64,000 bases of DNA from Eledone cirrhosa (lineage: Eukaryota): positions 22,754,001-22,818,000 of the forward strand of contig OZ024750.1 of assembly GCA_964016885.1 (NCBI GenBank), written 5' to 3'. A program made the translations under genes and the position numbers. Position 1 is the first letter of the stretch. Each line of letters starts with the position of its first letter. Below the pieces are notes generated by a model, which saw nothing but the letters and a program-made list of their open reading frames with translations, made no database searches and was not told where the DNA came from. Below are positions 12,201-24,700 of the stretch, piece after piece.

Positions 12201-15200
12201 GCTTTCTGAGTTCAAATCTTGCTAAGACTAACTTTGCCTTTCATCCTTTTGGAGTTGATAGAACCAGTCCATTCTTCCCTTTACCTTATAACTATGGTAA
12301 TTTAACTTCAGTTGTTTACACAGAAGAATTAACACAGTAAATTCATAGCTCATCTCATTCTATTCATGTAGAGTTAATTTCCTCCCTAAGTGCAACCGAA
12401 AGAAGGCATGCACTATTGCAGCAGAAAATAAAGGAACTGAAGCAAATGGCTCGGAATGCTGAGAGAAACCGGGTGAACCTACAGAAGGGATTAGAAAACC
12501 AAAGACTTGGTGCAGTTGATTATACTCCATCATCAGAACCACGGGTCTCTCTCAACCAGTTTACAGGGATTGAACGGAGAATATTACAACACTCTGTCAT
12601 TGAAAATATAGCTAAAGTAAGTTCTCTGGTTTGATCCATTCCAGATCAATACATTTGAATAAACAAAGCCATTTTTTAGATGTTTTCTGCTAAATCATCA
12701 CAAGATCTTAAGAGATAAACAACTGCACCTTATTCATTTCCCCATGTTCATAAAATAAGTATCAGATTTTAATGTTATTCTGTTTTATGAAGTTTGAAAT
12801 TTTCTATTTCTATAGGATCGAATTCTGGTGTTAGAGCAGTCATTGAAAATTGAGAAGAAACAAAAAGATATACTGGAAATGCGTGTTTTAGAGGTAAGAG
12901 AAGGAACTTTTTATTTAATGTATATTTGGTTTATATACTTATTATAAACCAAATATACATTAAATAAAAAGTTTGTGATGTGTATAAAGCTTGTTATGGA
13001 ACTCACAAACCTAACCCCCACTTTAGCAAGGAAAATAGCTAAAGATAGCTAGAGTATGATGGGAAAAACAATGTTTGGGGGGGGGGGGGGGGGTTATTTG
13101 TGTGTTGATTTGTTGGTAATATGTGAAGGTGCATGAATTGATGGTTAGGGTGTTTGGCTCATAATCACAAGGTCATGAGTTTGATTCCCAGCAGTGCATT
13201 ATATCCTTGAGCAAGGTACTTTATCTCATATTGCTCCAAACCACTCAGCTGAAAAAAGTTGAGCTGTACCTGTAATTCAAAGAGCCAGCCTTGTTATACA
13301 TTGTGTCACACTGAATCTCTATAAGAAGTACATTAAGAGAACACGTGTCTATAGAATGCCCAGCCACTTGCTCATTGATTTCAAGAGCAAGCCATTCCAT
13401 TAATCAAATAACTGGAATACTCATTGTCAGAACCAATGGAGGTAAAACAACAATAATTAATGACATTTTATGAAGCTGTTTAACATTTTGTTAAAGACAA
13501 TAATTAACTTTCTTATTAATTATCTGATGTTTAGAACATAACAAACAGTTCTGTATTGGTGAACCAAGGGTGGTTTCATGTAGTTTGATATCAAAAGGGT
13601 TAATTTTCAAATTTCAAATGATCTGTTTAACTTTTATAGTTATTTTTTACAATTTTCTTTTTTCAGTTATCAACCCAATTTAATCATATAGATACAAATG
13701 TACAAAATGTTTTTGCTTCCTTGAAATCAGAAAAGGCTTTCCTTCTGCCCTCTGTAGGTGAGATAACAAGCTCACCTCTAAACAACTGTCATAACCTCGA
13801 TGACCTGTTTGTTCACCTCCAGAAAGAATTTGCTCAAATGACATGGTAGGAACCAACATTTCTTCTGAAACCTTGTTATGTTTGAGATTTGTCAACTTTT
13901 AAAATATTTTATTACATACGAATTTTTAAGGAAATATATAAATTCATATATAAATTCATGTTTGTATGAGCATGTGTGAGAAAGAGAAAGAGATTGCATG
14001 ATTGGTTGAAATTTAAATTCTTCAAAAATTAAAGTTTCTAGTGCATTAAAAGTGAACACATATAAATATATGATAATTGCTGTTTAACAGTGCAAAATAA
14101 GTTTTGGAACATTATACTTTTTAAATATTAGGTTAAATTTTTGTTTAATAAAATCTTTTAACCCTTGTTTTAAAGTATTCATTTTTATCTAAAAACCTTA
14201 GTAATGAAATAATTAATAATAATCCCTAAAAATTCTCAATTGCAATATAATGTATTTCATTAGAAATACTGTCATGAAAGGGTTCAAATTGAATCTTTCA
14301 AAAATCTTTGAGAACAGGAAACACCAGTATTTAACGGAGCAGCTTAATAGAACTACTGATAGAAAATTACAAGAGGATGTTGAAATTGAACTTGACAACC
14401 TAGTGACTCAGATGGAAATTAAAGCAATGCAAATGATTAAGATTCGCAAAGCTCTTGAAAAGGTAAGAAAACTTATTGCTAATGTCTCTGTTTCTGTCTC
14501 TGTAACTCCCTCCTCCTCCTTCTCCACCACCACCACCACCTTCACCGTATCACTGTTTATTCAATTTTATCTATTTGTCTTCCTTATGTCAACTTACCAC
14601 ATGTAAATCCACTGTCTACCCTGAGTCCACTTATCATCATCATCACCATTTTATGTCCGCTTTCCCATGTTTGCATTGGTTGGACAACGAGAATGATGAT
14701 TATGTTGGCAGGAGTTTTCTGGCTGTATGCCCTTCTCATTACCAACAACTTTGCAGTGTAAACTGAGTATTTTATTATGCCATTGGTTTACAGGGGTGCA
14801 TGTACCCTGTACAGTTTTATTTATTACTCCAGTTCTCTGAGTTCAAATCCCACCAAGATCAACTTAAACTTTCATCCATTTGGGATCAATAAAGTACATT
14901 CAGGAAGGTTGATTGGTGGAATTGTTAAAACATGTTAGTGTACACATATGTGTGTCATGCCTTAGTGGTTAGGGTTAGGGTGTTCTGCTCATGGTCGTAA
15001 GAGAGTGAGTTCATTTCATTAACTGGGCGACATGTTTTTCTGAGCAAGATGCTTTATTTGACGTTGCTCCAAGACACTAAGCTGGCAAAAATTGGATGTA
15101 CCTATAATTCAAGGGGCCAACCTTGTCATACTGAATCTCTTTGAGAACGATGTTAAGTGTGCATAAGTCTATGGAATGCTCAGCCACTTACATGCATGTT

Positions 15201-15379
15201 AATTTCATTAGCTGGCAGTTGCATTGTTTGAATCAACTGGAACACTTGTCGGAAATGACAGAGATCCCAACTACACACACACGTGTATACTTTGTAAAAT
15301 ATTGTTTACACTCTAGCTGATAAAATAACAGCTTTAAACTGTTGTAGACTTGCTTCATGGCAAAGCATACTTTGAATCT

Positions 15380-15450
<71 letters not shown>

Positions 15451-16264
15451 TGCACTCATACTATATCAAATTTATTTGCAAGATTGATTTTTAAGCAAAA
15501 TGGCAGAATATACAATTGATAAGAGGATTCATCTTATTTACTGTGTGTAGAAATACATTGAACTCAAAATATTATCAGCAAAACCCATTATTTTCCTTGA
15601 GTATTTACTGAGCAACAGTCACTGGCTCTACCAACAGTTTTTATGGATTGTGGATGGCAAACAGCTTAAAACAGTTGATATTTTCACCTACAAAACACGG
15701 TCTCACGACCATTCCCGCATCAAATGGAACAAAACCGTCTAACCCATGCTAGCGTGGAAGATGGACGTTAAATGATGATGATGATATATATATGTTATCA
15801 TTATCATCATCACTATTTAACATCTATTTTCTATCCCTACATGAGTTTAACAGGTTGTCATGTACTGAGGCTAAACTGCTCAGATGACATTTTGCTTGTA
15901 TGCTCCATTTTTGGTTTGGTTTTTACAGCTGGATGCCTTTTCTAATGCTAACCACTTAACATGTACTGGGAGCATTTTATTGTGACTCTGGCTTTACCAC
16001 CTTACTGGGTGCTTTTTGTTGTGCCACTAAAAAACAATTCATTTACATGTACTCAATTCTATTATATATTTCTCTATTTCTTTGCAGTTAAAGAAGGAAT
16101 CAAAATTTGAAAAAAGGAAAAAACTAGAAACTGGTCAATCAATATGTAAAAGCAAACCTATCTTCATAGGGGACAATTTGAGGAGTTTAAAAAAAGCTGA
16201 GAGGAATGTGTCTATGAGAAGATTGCTTGCTACTTTGCGTCAAGAGGATTTGAGATGGGTGTAA
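1580..16264 (+). CDS. CEP57: Centrosomal protein 57-like (CEP57/CEP57L1 family), 16 coding exons, about 745 aa, N-terminus internally repeated; 5' end not resolved
   Basis: Phase-consistent AG/GT exons: 1580-1712, 2471-2617, 3801-3838, 4919-5051, 5334-5603, 6338-6393, 8199-8355, 8508-8648, 9236-9273, 9828-9996, 11207-11344, 12372-12616, 12816-12893, 13667-13845, 14318-14462, 16088-16264 (stop). The translation resembles CEP57 landmarks as recalled. Coiled coil: FPEPNTQALMLGLKSIEQRLETLE, ELISSLSATERRHALLQQKIKELKQM. Microtubule-binding domain: LDDLFVHLQKEFAQMTWKHQYL...LQEDVEIELDNLVTQMEIKAMQMIKIRK. C-terminus: LRQEDLRWV. Confidence 0.85.
1945..2159. mobile_element. TTAA-flanked MITE, family C (piggyBac-like ends)
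   Basis: TTAA-CTCTTAA...TTAAGAG-TTAA. Related copies near 3930-4100 and 26098-26240. Confidence 0.55.
3122..3197. repeat. (TA)n microsatellite
   Basis: Pure TA run. Similar runs at 15384-15447 and 41763-41827. Confidence 0.97.
5680..5900. mobile_element. TTAA-flanked MITE, family B (piggyBac-like)
   Basis: TTAA-CCCTTTAGCAT...ATGCTAAAGGG-TTAA. Further copies at about 6716-6922, 11943-12131, 51588-51786, 56696-56891, 59963-60154. Confidence 0.75.
7110..7390 (+). mobile_element. RTE-clade LINE 3' fragment (degenerate)
   Basis: WFRHIMCMDDD...RARKTW, a decayed form of the RTE ORF C-terminal motif. Confidence 0.65.
10082..10442. repeat. 169-bp tandem duplication within a family A MITE
   Basis: The unit starting TTTTGAAAATAATCAAGAATTTG recurs at 10082, 10251 and (partial) 10420. 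Confidence 0.85.
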
Positions 16265-16926
16265 TCATTGGTATCGGTATTTTCAAAGTACTTATTTGAT
16301 AGTTAAAAACTACGAGGAAATGACTGACTGCATAGTTTCAGAATGTTGGTATTTCTGAACAGGAATATTAGAATGGCTGGAGTAATAAGCTTGCAACAAG
16401 CCGCGTCCTTAATAACTCTGTTTTGATTTGTTGTCATAGCAAAATTACTTTATATAACGAGTACCCAGTGCCACTGAAGAAGGTTTAAACATCACACAAA
16501 TCTCATTTACTCTCTGTTGTAACTTAGAGAACTTTTTGCCTGGACCAAAGAAGCCGGCTGCTGTTTCTTTTGTTTTCTGTTTATATTTTTGTTCTTTAGA
16601 TATTTCTGATATCTAAAGATTCTTGTACAGTTTCTCAAGTAATAGTAAATATAATCACAGCTAACAAGTACAGTTTCCAGAGTTGTAGTAAATATATTCA
16701 CAAGCAACAGGTAAAGTTTCAAGAATCATCATCATTTAATGTCTGCTTTTCTATGTTAGCATAGGTTGAATGTGTCATCACAAACCAAGTAAACACTCAA
16801 TTGGAGCCACTGTCCTAACAGATGTGTCAGGGGCCACATCTTGCTCACCTATATTCCTACATTTTACTAAATGTAGTGGGTACATTTTATCATGGCAGCA
16901 GCCTTGACACAACTGAAGTTTCCAGA

Positions 16927-17112
16927 GTTACAGTAACCTTTGGGAGCCATTAGTTTCTATAGTTACAGTGACCTTTGGGAGCCATTAGTTTCTATAGTTA
17001 CAGTAACCTTTGGGAGCCATTAGTTTCTATAGTTACAGTAACCTTTGGGAGTCATTAGTTTCTATAGTTACAGTAACCTTTGGGAGTCATTAGTTTCTAT
17101 AGTTACAGTAAT
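16927..17112. repeat. 35-bp minisatellite, about 5.3 copies (degenerate copies to about 17240)
   Basis: Unit GTTACAGTAACCTTTGGGAGCCATTAGTTTCTATA at 16927, 16962, 16997, 17032, 17067. Confidence 0.93.
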
Positions 17113-17859
17113 CATTTGTAACTGGCACAGTTTCTGAAGATACACTAACCATAGATAACTGATATAGAACCTTTGGTAACCTGTACAGTTTCCATAGTTA
17201 CAGTAATCATTGGTAATATAGTTTCCAGAGTTTCAGTAAGGATGTCTAACCCATGCCAGCATGGAAAAATGAATATTAAACAATGATGATAATGATGATG
17301 GTGGTATAACTGTTAACTTATTCAGTGAAGTATGATTTAGTATTAATTGAAATTAACAGAAATTTAAATCTAATACTACAAGATATGTTGTATTCACAAT
17401 ACTGCGATGTCTTATTTCTTTATTCATCACCATTGTCATCACTAGCACCATCACCTCCACACCCATCATCAACTCTGCTATTATCACCACCACCATCGTC
17501 ACCACAACCTCCACCTCCATCATCACTGACAGAACCATCATCATCGCTACCATGATCATCCATTTTACATCTGTTATTCCATGCTAACATGTGTTTTACG
17601 AAATTTTTAAGGCAAAATTCTACATCTGGAACATTTTGATTGACCAGGGCTGATTTGGAAATGTTTTGATTTATGAGTATATAAAATTGCAGATATGAAA
17701 ATGAATGAAAAGAAAAAGTATTTGTTTTTTCATGAGAAAAGTTTTCTTGACCATTTTTTTTATTTTTCGTATTATTCGTACCTCACGACAAATGTCGGAA
17801 GAGTAAGATTTAGGGTTAGTATGTTTGATGTTAGATTCGTCAATAAAATTATGAAAAAT

Positions 17860-17868
17860 CTCCTTTCC
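17860..17868 (+). promoter_or_regulatory. Candidate TCT/5'TOP initiator upstream of the dioxygenase gene
   Basis: CTCCTTTCC in a locally CpG-enriched stretch, followed by short AG/GT-bounded non-coding segments (18179-18212, 18896-18976). Confidence 0.3.
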
Positions 17869-19262
17869 ACCGAACGCGAGAGAGGTGTACATCTATTTCC
17901 CCCGCCTTTTTCTACAAAGCTGATCGTTTCTATTTGGTTTAGAAGTCAGATTCGATGATAACACTCAATTTTTTTTATTAGTAGTAATAACACTCAATTT
18001 TTTATTATTATTAGTAAAGAAAGCTCCGAGGGTACCCGCATTCCACCTCTGTTTTCCGAGTGAAAAAGTCCTTTGCGGCATGTTCGGAGTTCAGATTAGT
18101 TTAAAGCACATACAAAAAAAAATAGGAAAAATAATTATTTCCCCATTTTCTTACTATGTTGTATAACATTTTTTGCAGAGGAATTAGATATAATTGAGTA
18201 ACACACCAGAAGGTAACTTGTTTGTTTTTGTTCTGTTTAACGTAATGCTACTGAACCTAGAATGTAGGGTTAACGGTATTACAACAGCTAAACACAACAG
18301 AGTGAATTTGTTACCCGTTTTAACACCAAACACCTGTTTATTAGGTGCCTTTGTGCTACTATGTAACAAACATTCGGGCCAAGGATTAAAAAATCAAATA
18401 GCGATGATAAATAATTGTTTCTACTTTAGACACAAGGCCATCAATTTGAAGGGGGGGGGGGGACACGATTGATTCGACCACAGTGCGTTACTGGTACTTT
18501 TATGTTATCGACCCCGTAAGATTGAAAGGCAAGGCTAAATAATGACTGAAGCATCTCAACATAATTGAAGAAGTTTTGGGAAATAAAGAATGGCCATAGA
18601 GAAGAGATGGTGAGATAAGAAAGAACGACATGGGAAATATTGAGAGATGATGAAAGGAAATTAAAGAAACATCAATATGTTTTAACTATATATATAAACA
18701 CGATTTACAAAAACAAATTAATCAAAGAAATAAAATCATGTACACTCGATTACACACGACAGCGGAGAATGCTGGTGTTTCTCTCTAAATATGTTTGAGG
18801 CAAGCCTCAAACTTATCGTATTGTCGCGATGGAATAGCCTAGCATCCCTTCGTGTCTTCAACAATGTTGAAAAAGAAAAACGTCGTTGTTTGCAGCCCAG
18901 CCACCCTGAATGTCTCGAATGTCACAGAGGGGAAAAAAATAGCTTACCTATAATACATATTTCAGAATTTTATTCGGTAAGTAAGAGATATACGAGAGAA
19001 AAGAAGACAGCTAAAAATGTTGACGAAAATAAATATTGACAAGTATAACAATGTATATGTGAGTCGAATGAAGAAAGAGAGAGAGAGAGAGAGAGAAATA
19101 TGAAGGTAAATACGATGCGACAATAAATCAAGGCTATAAAAAGAAGCATACGAAGAAAGGAAAAATATAAAGAGAGTGTGTGAAAGAAGTAGAGAGTGTG
19201 ACTGTAACTACGAAGGAAGCTCTGTCCTCGATTCTCACAAGAACTATTGAGATATCCTTATT

Positions 19263-21762
19263 ATGTCGGGTTACTCAGATAACAATGTACAACCAGTCAT
19301 TTTTCTCTCGCATGGTGGTGGACCTTCATTCTTCATGGACGTCAAGAAATATCCAGGTATGCGTGGGATGGACCGGGACTCTGATGCTGCAGAATTCCTA
19401 CGACAGCTATCAAGAACTCACTTGAAGAAACAACCGAAGGCAATCCTGGTCATTAGTGCCCACTGGGAAGAAAATATCCCATGCGTCATGGAGGATCAAA
19501 AGCATTCCTTGTACTTCGACTACTACGGATTTCCCAAGAGCATGTATGAACTGAAATGGCCCGCGGTAGGAGCTCCAGCTGTCGCTGCTCGTGTCTCCGA
19601 ATTATTCAAAACACACAGTATACAGAGCAAGCAAGTACGTGATCGAGGTTTAGATCATGGGACGTTTGTGCCCCTCATCTTGGTTTGGCCAGAGGCCGAT
19701 ATACCAAGTAAGTAAACATCAGGTCTATATTGCGTTTATAGCCTATTTTGTCCGTCTGTCAAAAACATTGTAAAATTTTCATTTAGAATTCATCTAACAG
19801 ATGTTGGGGGGGGGGGTTCTAAAATGCTTTCGTTCATACCAGAAATGAACGTTTTCTATTTATCTGGCCGTCTGTTTATCTTTCTATCTACTTGTCTCTC
19901 TAATCCATCTGTCTCTCTTTATTTATCTCTCTACTTACCTCTATCCACCTGCCTCTGTTTATCACTATCTACTTGTCTCTATTTAGCTCTATATCTATCT
20001 CTATGAAAGATGGGTGAAAGTGGCGAGAATGGCCCGTGTGAATGGGCCTTCACTCTACATCAGACTATAGGTGAGGAAGATGAAAGACCAAGGGAGCACC
20101 CCTTCTCTGTGCTCCTGAGGAGAAGGGTTGCACACTTTTTTCGGGGGTGTGTGCGACCCCCCAAGGCGCCTCCTCTCTATTGAGGATTTTGTTAAAAATT
20201 TTATTTTTTGTTATATCTTATTTTATTTTTATATTTTGTTATTGCCTCCTCCTTATTGAGGACGCCTTTTTGTGTAAACTCCCCCCTTTGTACTTGTCCC
20301 ACTTTTGATGCCCTAGTGGCAAATAAAAGAAACATATCTATCTCTGAATCCACCAACAGAGCTATGTTATGGTATGGTGAAGAAAGCGAATATTACTTAT
20401 TCCGTCCTCAAACCACTCCTTATCTTAAAACATGGAGTACATATAACGCGACTGTGAAGTGTCTTTAATCAAAAGTCTGCTCGATTATAGCTAAGCAACA
20501 TCAACAATAACAGATCAATGAACGACGTAGCTCAATATAAACAAAGACAAATATTATCATTCTTTACTGGATTTAACCATCGCTACATCTAAGGGTTTCA
20601 ATCGATCGTATTGATCCCAGTTCTAATTTCAGTCTGGTATATATTTAATCGATCTCTATATATCGGATTTCCACGTAACTTTTTTTTTACACTAAGGACG
20701 TAACCTGAGCACAAATTAGCAAATGCTGGTTCTGTGGATTGACGGTCATCATTTTTTAAGTATGGAAGGATATCAGAGATGTAATCAAATTCGTGAATAT
20801 TTTTATGGAGAGTATTGACAGACACAGCCGGGTTGGAAGTGGTATCAAGACTGGTGAATTTAGGATCAGTGGGCTGGAATTTACAGACGACAAGCACTTG
20901 ATAAGTTTCCTGCCCAGTGTTGTAAAGGCTGAGACACTCATCATCTCAAGGAATCATGCGCAGTGCACTTTACATGTGAATGAAGTTCAATATCTTGGGG
21001 CTGTGTTCACAAGTGATGGGAGGCAGGAGGCTGAATTAAATGCAAGAATTGCAGGAGCTAGTGCAGTAAATAGGAATATTTTAAAACTGGCAGTTTTAAA
21101 ATAGGAATATTTTAAAACTGGCAGTTTTATCACAAAACCAACGGAGGTTTCAAGCAAGTTGGTATCAAAAGAATGAAATTATGTTTCGAACACCAGACAT
21201 AATTATATTACTAAATTCTTGATTAATTTCAAAATTGTTTGTAAATCATAGGGAATGTCTTTTATTAGAAATATAGTGACAAGCGGGTTAATTATGAGAT
21301 ATATTAAGATTGGATTCTATGTTATACTCTTTTTTCTAATTTATTTCAGTACTTCAAGTATCATTAAAGAACAATTTGAATATCACCAAGCACCAAGAAA
21401 TTGGTGAGGCATTATCAGATCTACGTAAAGAAGGAATACTTATCGTTGGATCTGGTTTTATGACTCACTCTGATGAGAAAGCAAAATCTACTGATGATGT
21501 GTTTGAATGGGCAACTGAATTCAAGGCATGGGAACGTGATGTATTCTGCAACCCTGAATTATCCACAACAGAAAGAAAAAAACGAATACTCGAATGTGAA
21601 TCTTTTCAGTTTTTCCACAGAGCTCATCCTCGTATTGAGCACTTTCTACCATTGGTCGTTGCTTCTGCAGCAGCTGGTTATGTCAGTGGAGAGGCAATCT
21701 TTTCTCAGTTTGTATCACCTAGTTTATTGTTGGAACATATATTGTTCAAATCTGACCCTTAA
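19263..21762 (+). CDS. Extradiol ring-cleavage dioxygenase, LigB / 4,5-DOPA dioxygenase (DODA/YgiD)-like, 285 aa, 2 coding exons
   Basis: Exon 19263-19707 (donor GTAAGT, phase 1) joins exon 21350-21762 (acceptor TTTCAG) in frame. Family motifs: FLSHGGGP, ILVISAHWE, YFDYYGFP, RGLDHGTFVPL, WPEADIP-ILQVSL, IGEALSDLRKEGILIVGSG-x3-H, HPRIEHFLPL. Confidence 0.93.
20003..20333 (+). mobile_element. 5'-truncated L1/Tx1-like LINE end with 12-bp target-site duplication, in the dioxygenase intron
   Basis: ATATCTATCTCT at 19991-20002 and 20334-20345. The insert encodes ERWVKVARMARVNGPSLYIRL* and ends AATAAAAGAAAC. Confidence 0.6.
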
Positions 21763-24700
21763 TGAAATATATTCTCAGGTAGTTAAGGAATACACTTCAG
21801 TTATGTAGTTTCGAGTTCAGTCCTACTGCATGGCACATTGGGCAAGTTTCTTCTATAATAACCTTGGGTTGACCAATGTCTCAGACAGGAATCGTGTGGA
21901 AGAACTTTGTGTATATATGTATACATATGTGTGTACTTGTCTGTGTTTATATATATATCCTGTAACCTACTTTCTAGGTCATTTTGGTACCACAATAAAA
22001 AGCACCTAGTCCACACTGTTAATGTGTTTGGGGTTAAGAAGGGCATCCAGCCAGAAACAGTTCTGTATGAGCAAGGCATGGCCATCTGATCTGACTTGTC
22101 TCACAACAGGACAACTCATTTAACCCACGCTAGCGTAGAAAAATGAATGTTAAACGGTGATGATGATGATGATTGGCTTCTACAGTTTCCATCTACAAAT
22201 TTGACACACAAGGCATTAGTCAATCTCAGGCTGTAAAAGACACTTTCCCCAAGGTACCACATAATTGGAGCAAACCTAAAAAACACATGATTTCAAAGCA
22301 AACTCCATAAGCATATAACCATATCTGTGTCTATGATATATATTGTAAATTAAAAAATATTCACATGTACACGAATTCCAATGAAAATAATTTTTATTCT
22401 ATTAAAAAATACATTCATATATATATGTATATATACATACAATGTTTCAAGGAGGTTTATTTATATCTATTACAAAAATACTACATCATAAAAAAGGAAT
22501 ATGCTTCAATATTTACATCTTTTCTTTTCTTTTTATTTTCAAGCTAATAATTAAAGAAGGATATAAATGTACTCAGATGGTAATCTTCTTCTGAAATAGA
22601 ACTTTTTACAAACTAACTGTAGCCACAATATATCTTTATGATAAAGGTAACTATGGTCCATGAGGCCCTTAATTCCTGATAGAATTGTCGGGGCACCGTT
22701 GTGGCATTTAAACCTGGTGGAGCCCATCTCTCTCCAGGTCTGAACACAGCCGATTTCCAAGGAGAGAGAATAAGAAAGACGAAGTGAGAAAGAGATAGAA
22801 AAGAAGAATCAACTCTAGTACTTGATTTTATCAACCTCAAAAGGTGAAGGGCAAAGCTGACCTTGGTTGGATTTGAACTGAGAGCCAATGATTCTGCCAA
22901 TTTGCCACTTTCAGAGGGAAATATTGGTGCCACAATAGTTAGAGGTTTATTCTATTGATAGTCAACCAGATTAACGTCATAAAGACACATCTATACTAAT
23001 GTGATTTTTAACCTTTTTCTGATCATATTTCTAATGAAATACAGTTTTTCCTTTTAATTAATTTAGAAAATAAATTTTTTTTAAGGATTTAGCATATTAC
23101 TTGGTTATCAAATGTGTATTAAATTTTTAAAAAAGAAATTCTTTTTAACTATCTCTAGTAATTTTATTCCTCAATCTTTGGTAAATATAAAGAAAACAAA
23201 GGAACAGATCAAGAAACTGTTTCCATTCGTCATTCCATTGCTGATAGTATCTGCTGGTTGCATCTCCTGACAGCTGGAGGTGAGATGTTAACTCAGAATG
23301 CACAGAACCAGAAAGCAGAAACCACAAAGCATCCCATCTGACTAACAATTCTTCCAATCCATTGACCTGGACTGGTATTTTATTTATCAACCCCGAAAGG
23401 ATGAAAGGCAAAGTTGGTCTCAGCAGAGTCAGTGAAGTGGAACAAATACTGAGGCATTTAATCCAACACTAACGACTTCACCAATATGACTAATAAATGT
23501 AATATAACTATAAATTTAATGGACCTCTAATTAGTTTATGCTGAAGAAGTATAACTAAACTGAAACATCAGGTGTATGTGAATATTAGATGACTATATAT
23601 TACAGTGGAAACATAATTAAATTTAATATGTAAGTGAAAATAATATGGTGTCATTCATTAATGAAAGAATACATTTTTAGCAAGACCTCTCTCTTGCAAG
23701 AAAAACTGAACAACCAATAAGAAAAAAGTTTACAATGCTCATTTTCTTGAGTTATTGGTATATCAGGCTTGTGTTCAGATCATAACAGAAATGTTCCTGT
23801 GAAGAATGATGGGAAGTTTAATTCAAATATGAACATTTTAAAATAGGTGGTTTTATATCATAGAATCAGAAGCTGTTGGTATCAAAAGAGCTAGGCAAAT
23901 TCATAAGAAAATATTTATATATATTGATATATTTTTCAAACAGTTCTCTTTTGGTAAAATATAAAGATATCTAAAAATTACTTCTCACATGATGTAATTT
24001 GTATTTTGGTCATTCCTTTATTAACACAACTCCTCCGATCATCCCATGACTAAGCACTACCAAATATTGTTTTCTAATTTAGGCACAAGGCCAGCAAATT
24101 TGGGTGAAGGGCAAAGCTTATTAAATTATTGTCAGCACTTGACTGGTACTTTATTTTATCGATCCTGGAAGAATGAAAGGCAAAGTTCATCTTTTGTGGA
24201 ATTTGAACTCAGAATGTAAAGAGCCAAAATAAATACTGTGATAGCATTTTATCTGATGCTCTACCAATTCTGCCAATCCATCACTACCAAATATAAAATC
24301 TGCTTAGAGACACATCAGGCAGGAACTTATCCCAGTTGAGCTACTCAAAGTAGTAGAATTCTCCTAGGATAGGTCACCAGTCCATCACAAGATTAACCCC
24401 ACAGCTGCTGCTACTGGTATTGTGCTTGGCACAAGGACCCAATGTGCTATCTGGTCCAAGGATTGAACCCGCAGCATTACGATCATGATATTAACACCCT
24501 TCACATAATATACTCTATGTTTATATTATACTCTTTTATTAATTTCCAGGTGATCTTATGAGGGGAAACTATTTAGCTAAACCTACAAGAATACATTGGA
24601 TAAGATAGTCCTAGCCAATGCAATCATGGAAAAAAAAAAAAGAAATCACCGCTCACACTTATGTATGTCTACCTGGCCTCCTATGAGGGGTGCATCTCAT

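Noticed and set aside
16927-17112. CRISPR-like 35-bp repeats (also the 48- and 57-bp arrays)
   Set aside because: Head-to-tail units with no unique spacers, no cas genes, and a eukaryotic context.
17810-17819. CTAACCCTAA on the minus strand as a telomerase RNA template near H/ACA-like hairpins
   Set aside because: The template and the hairpin/ACA units are on opposite strands, no pseudoknot was seen, and a 10-mer match is weak.
19263-21762. Dioxygenase as bacterial contamination or proven recent HGT
   Set aside because: It has a canonical intron containing host repeats and sits among animal genes. Its origin cannot be decided without a phylogeny.
23541-23572. CTGAAGA...GAAAC hammerhead-like string
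   Set aside because: No convincing stem I or stem III; compatible with chance.
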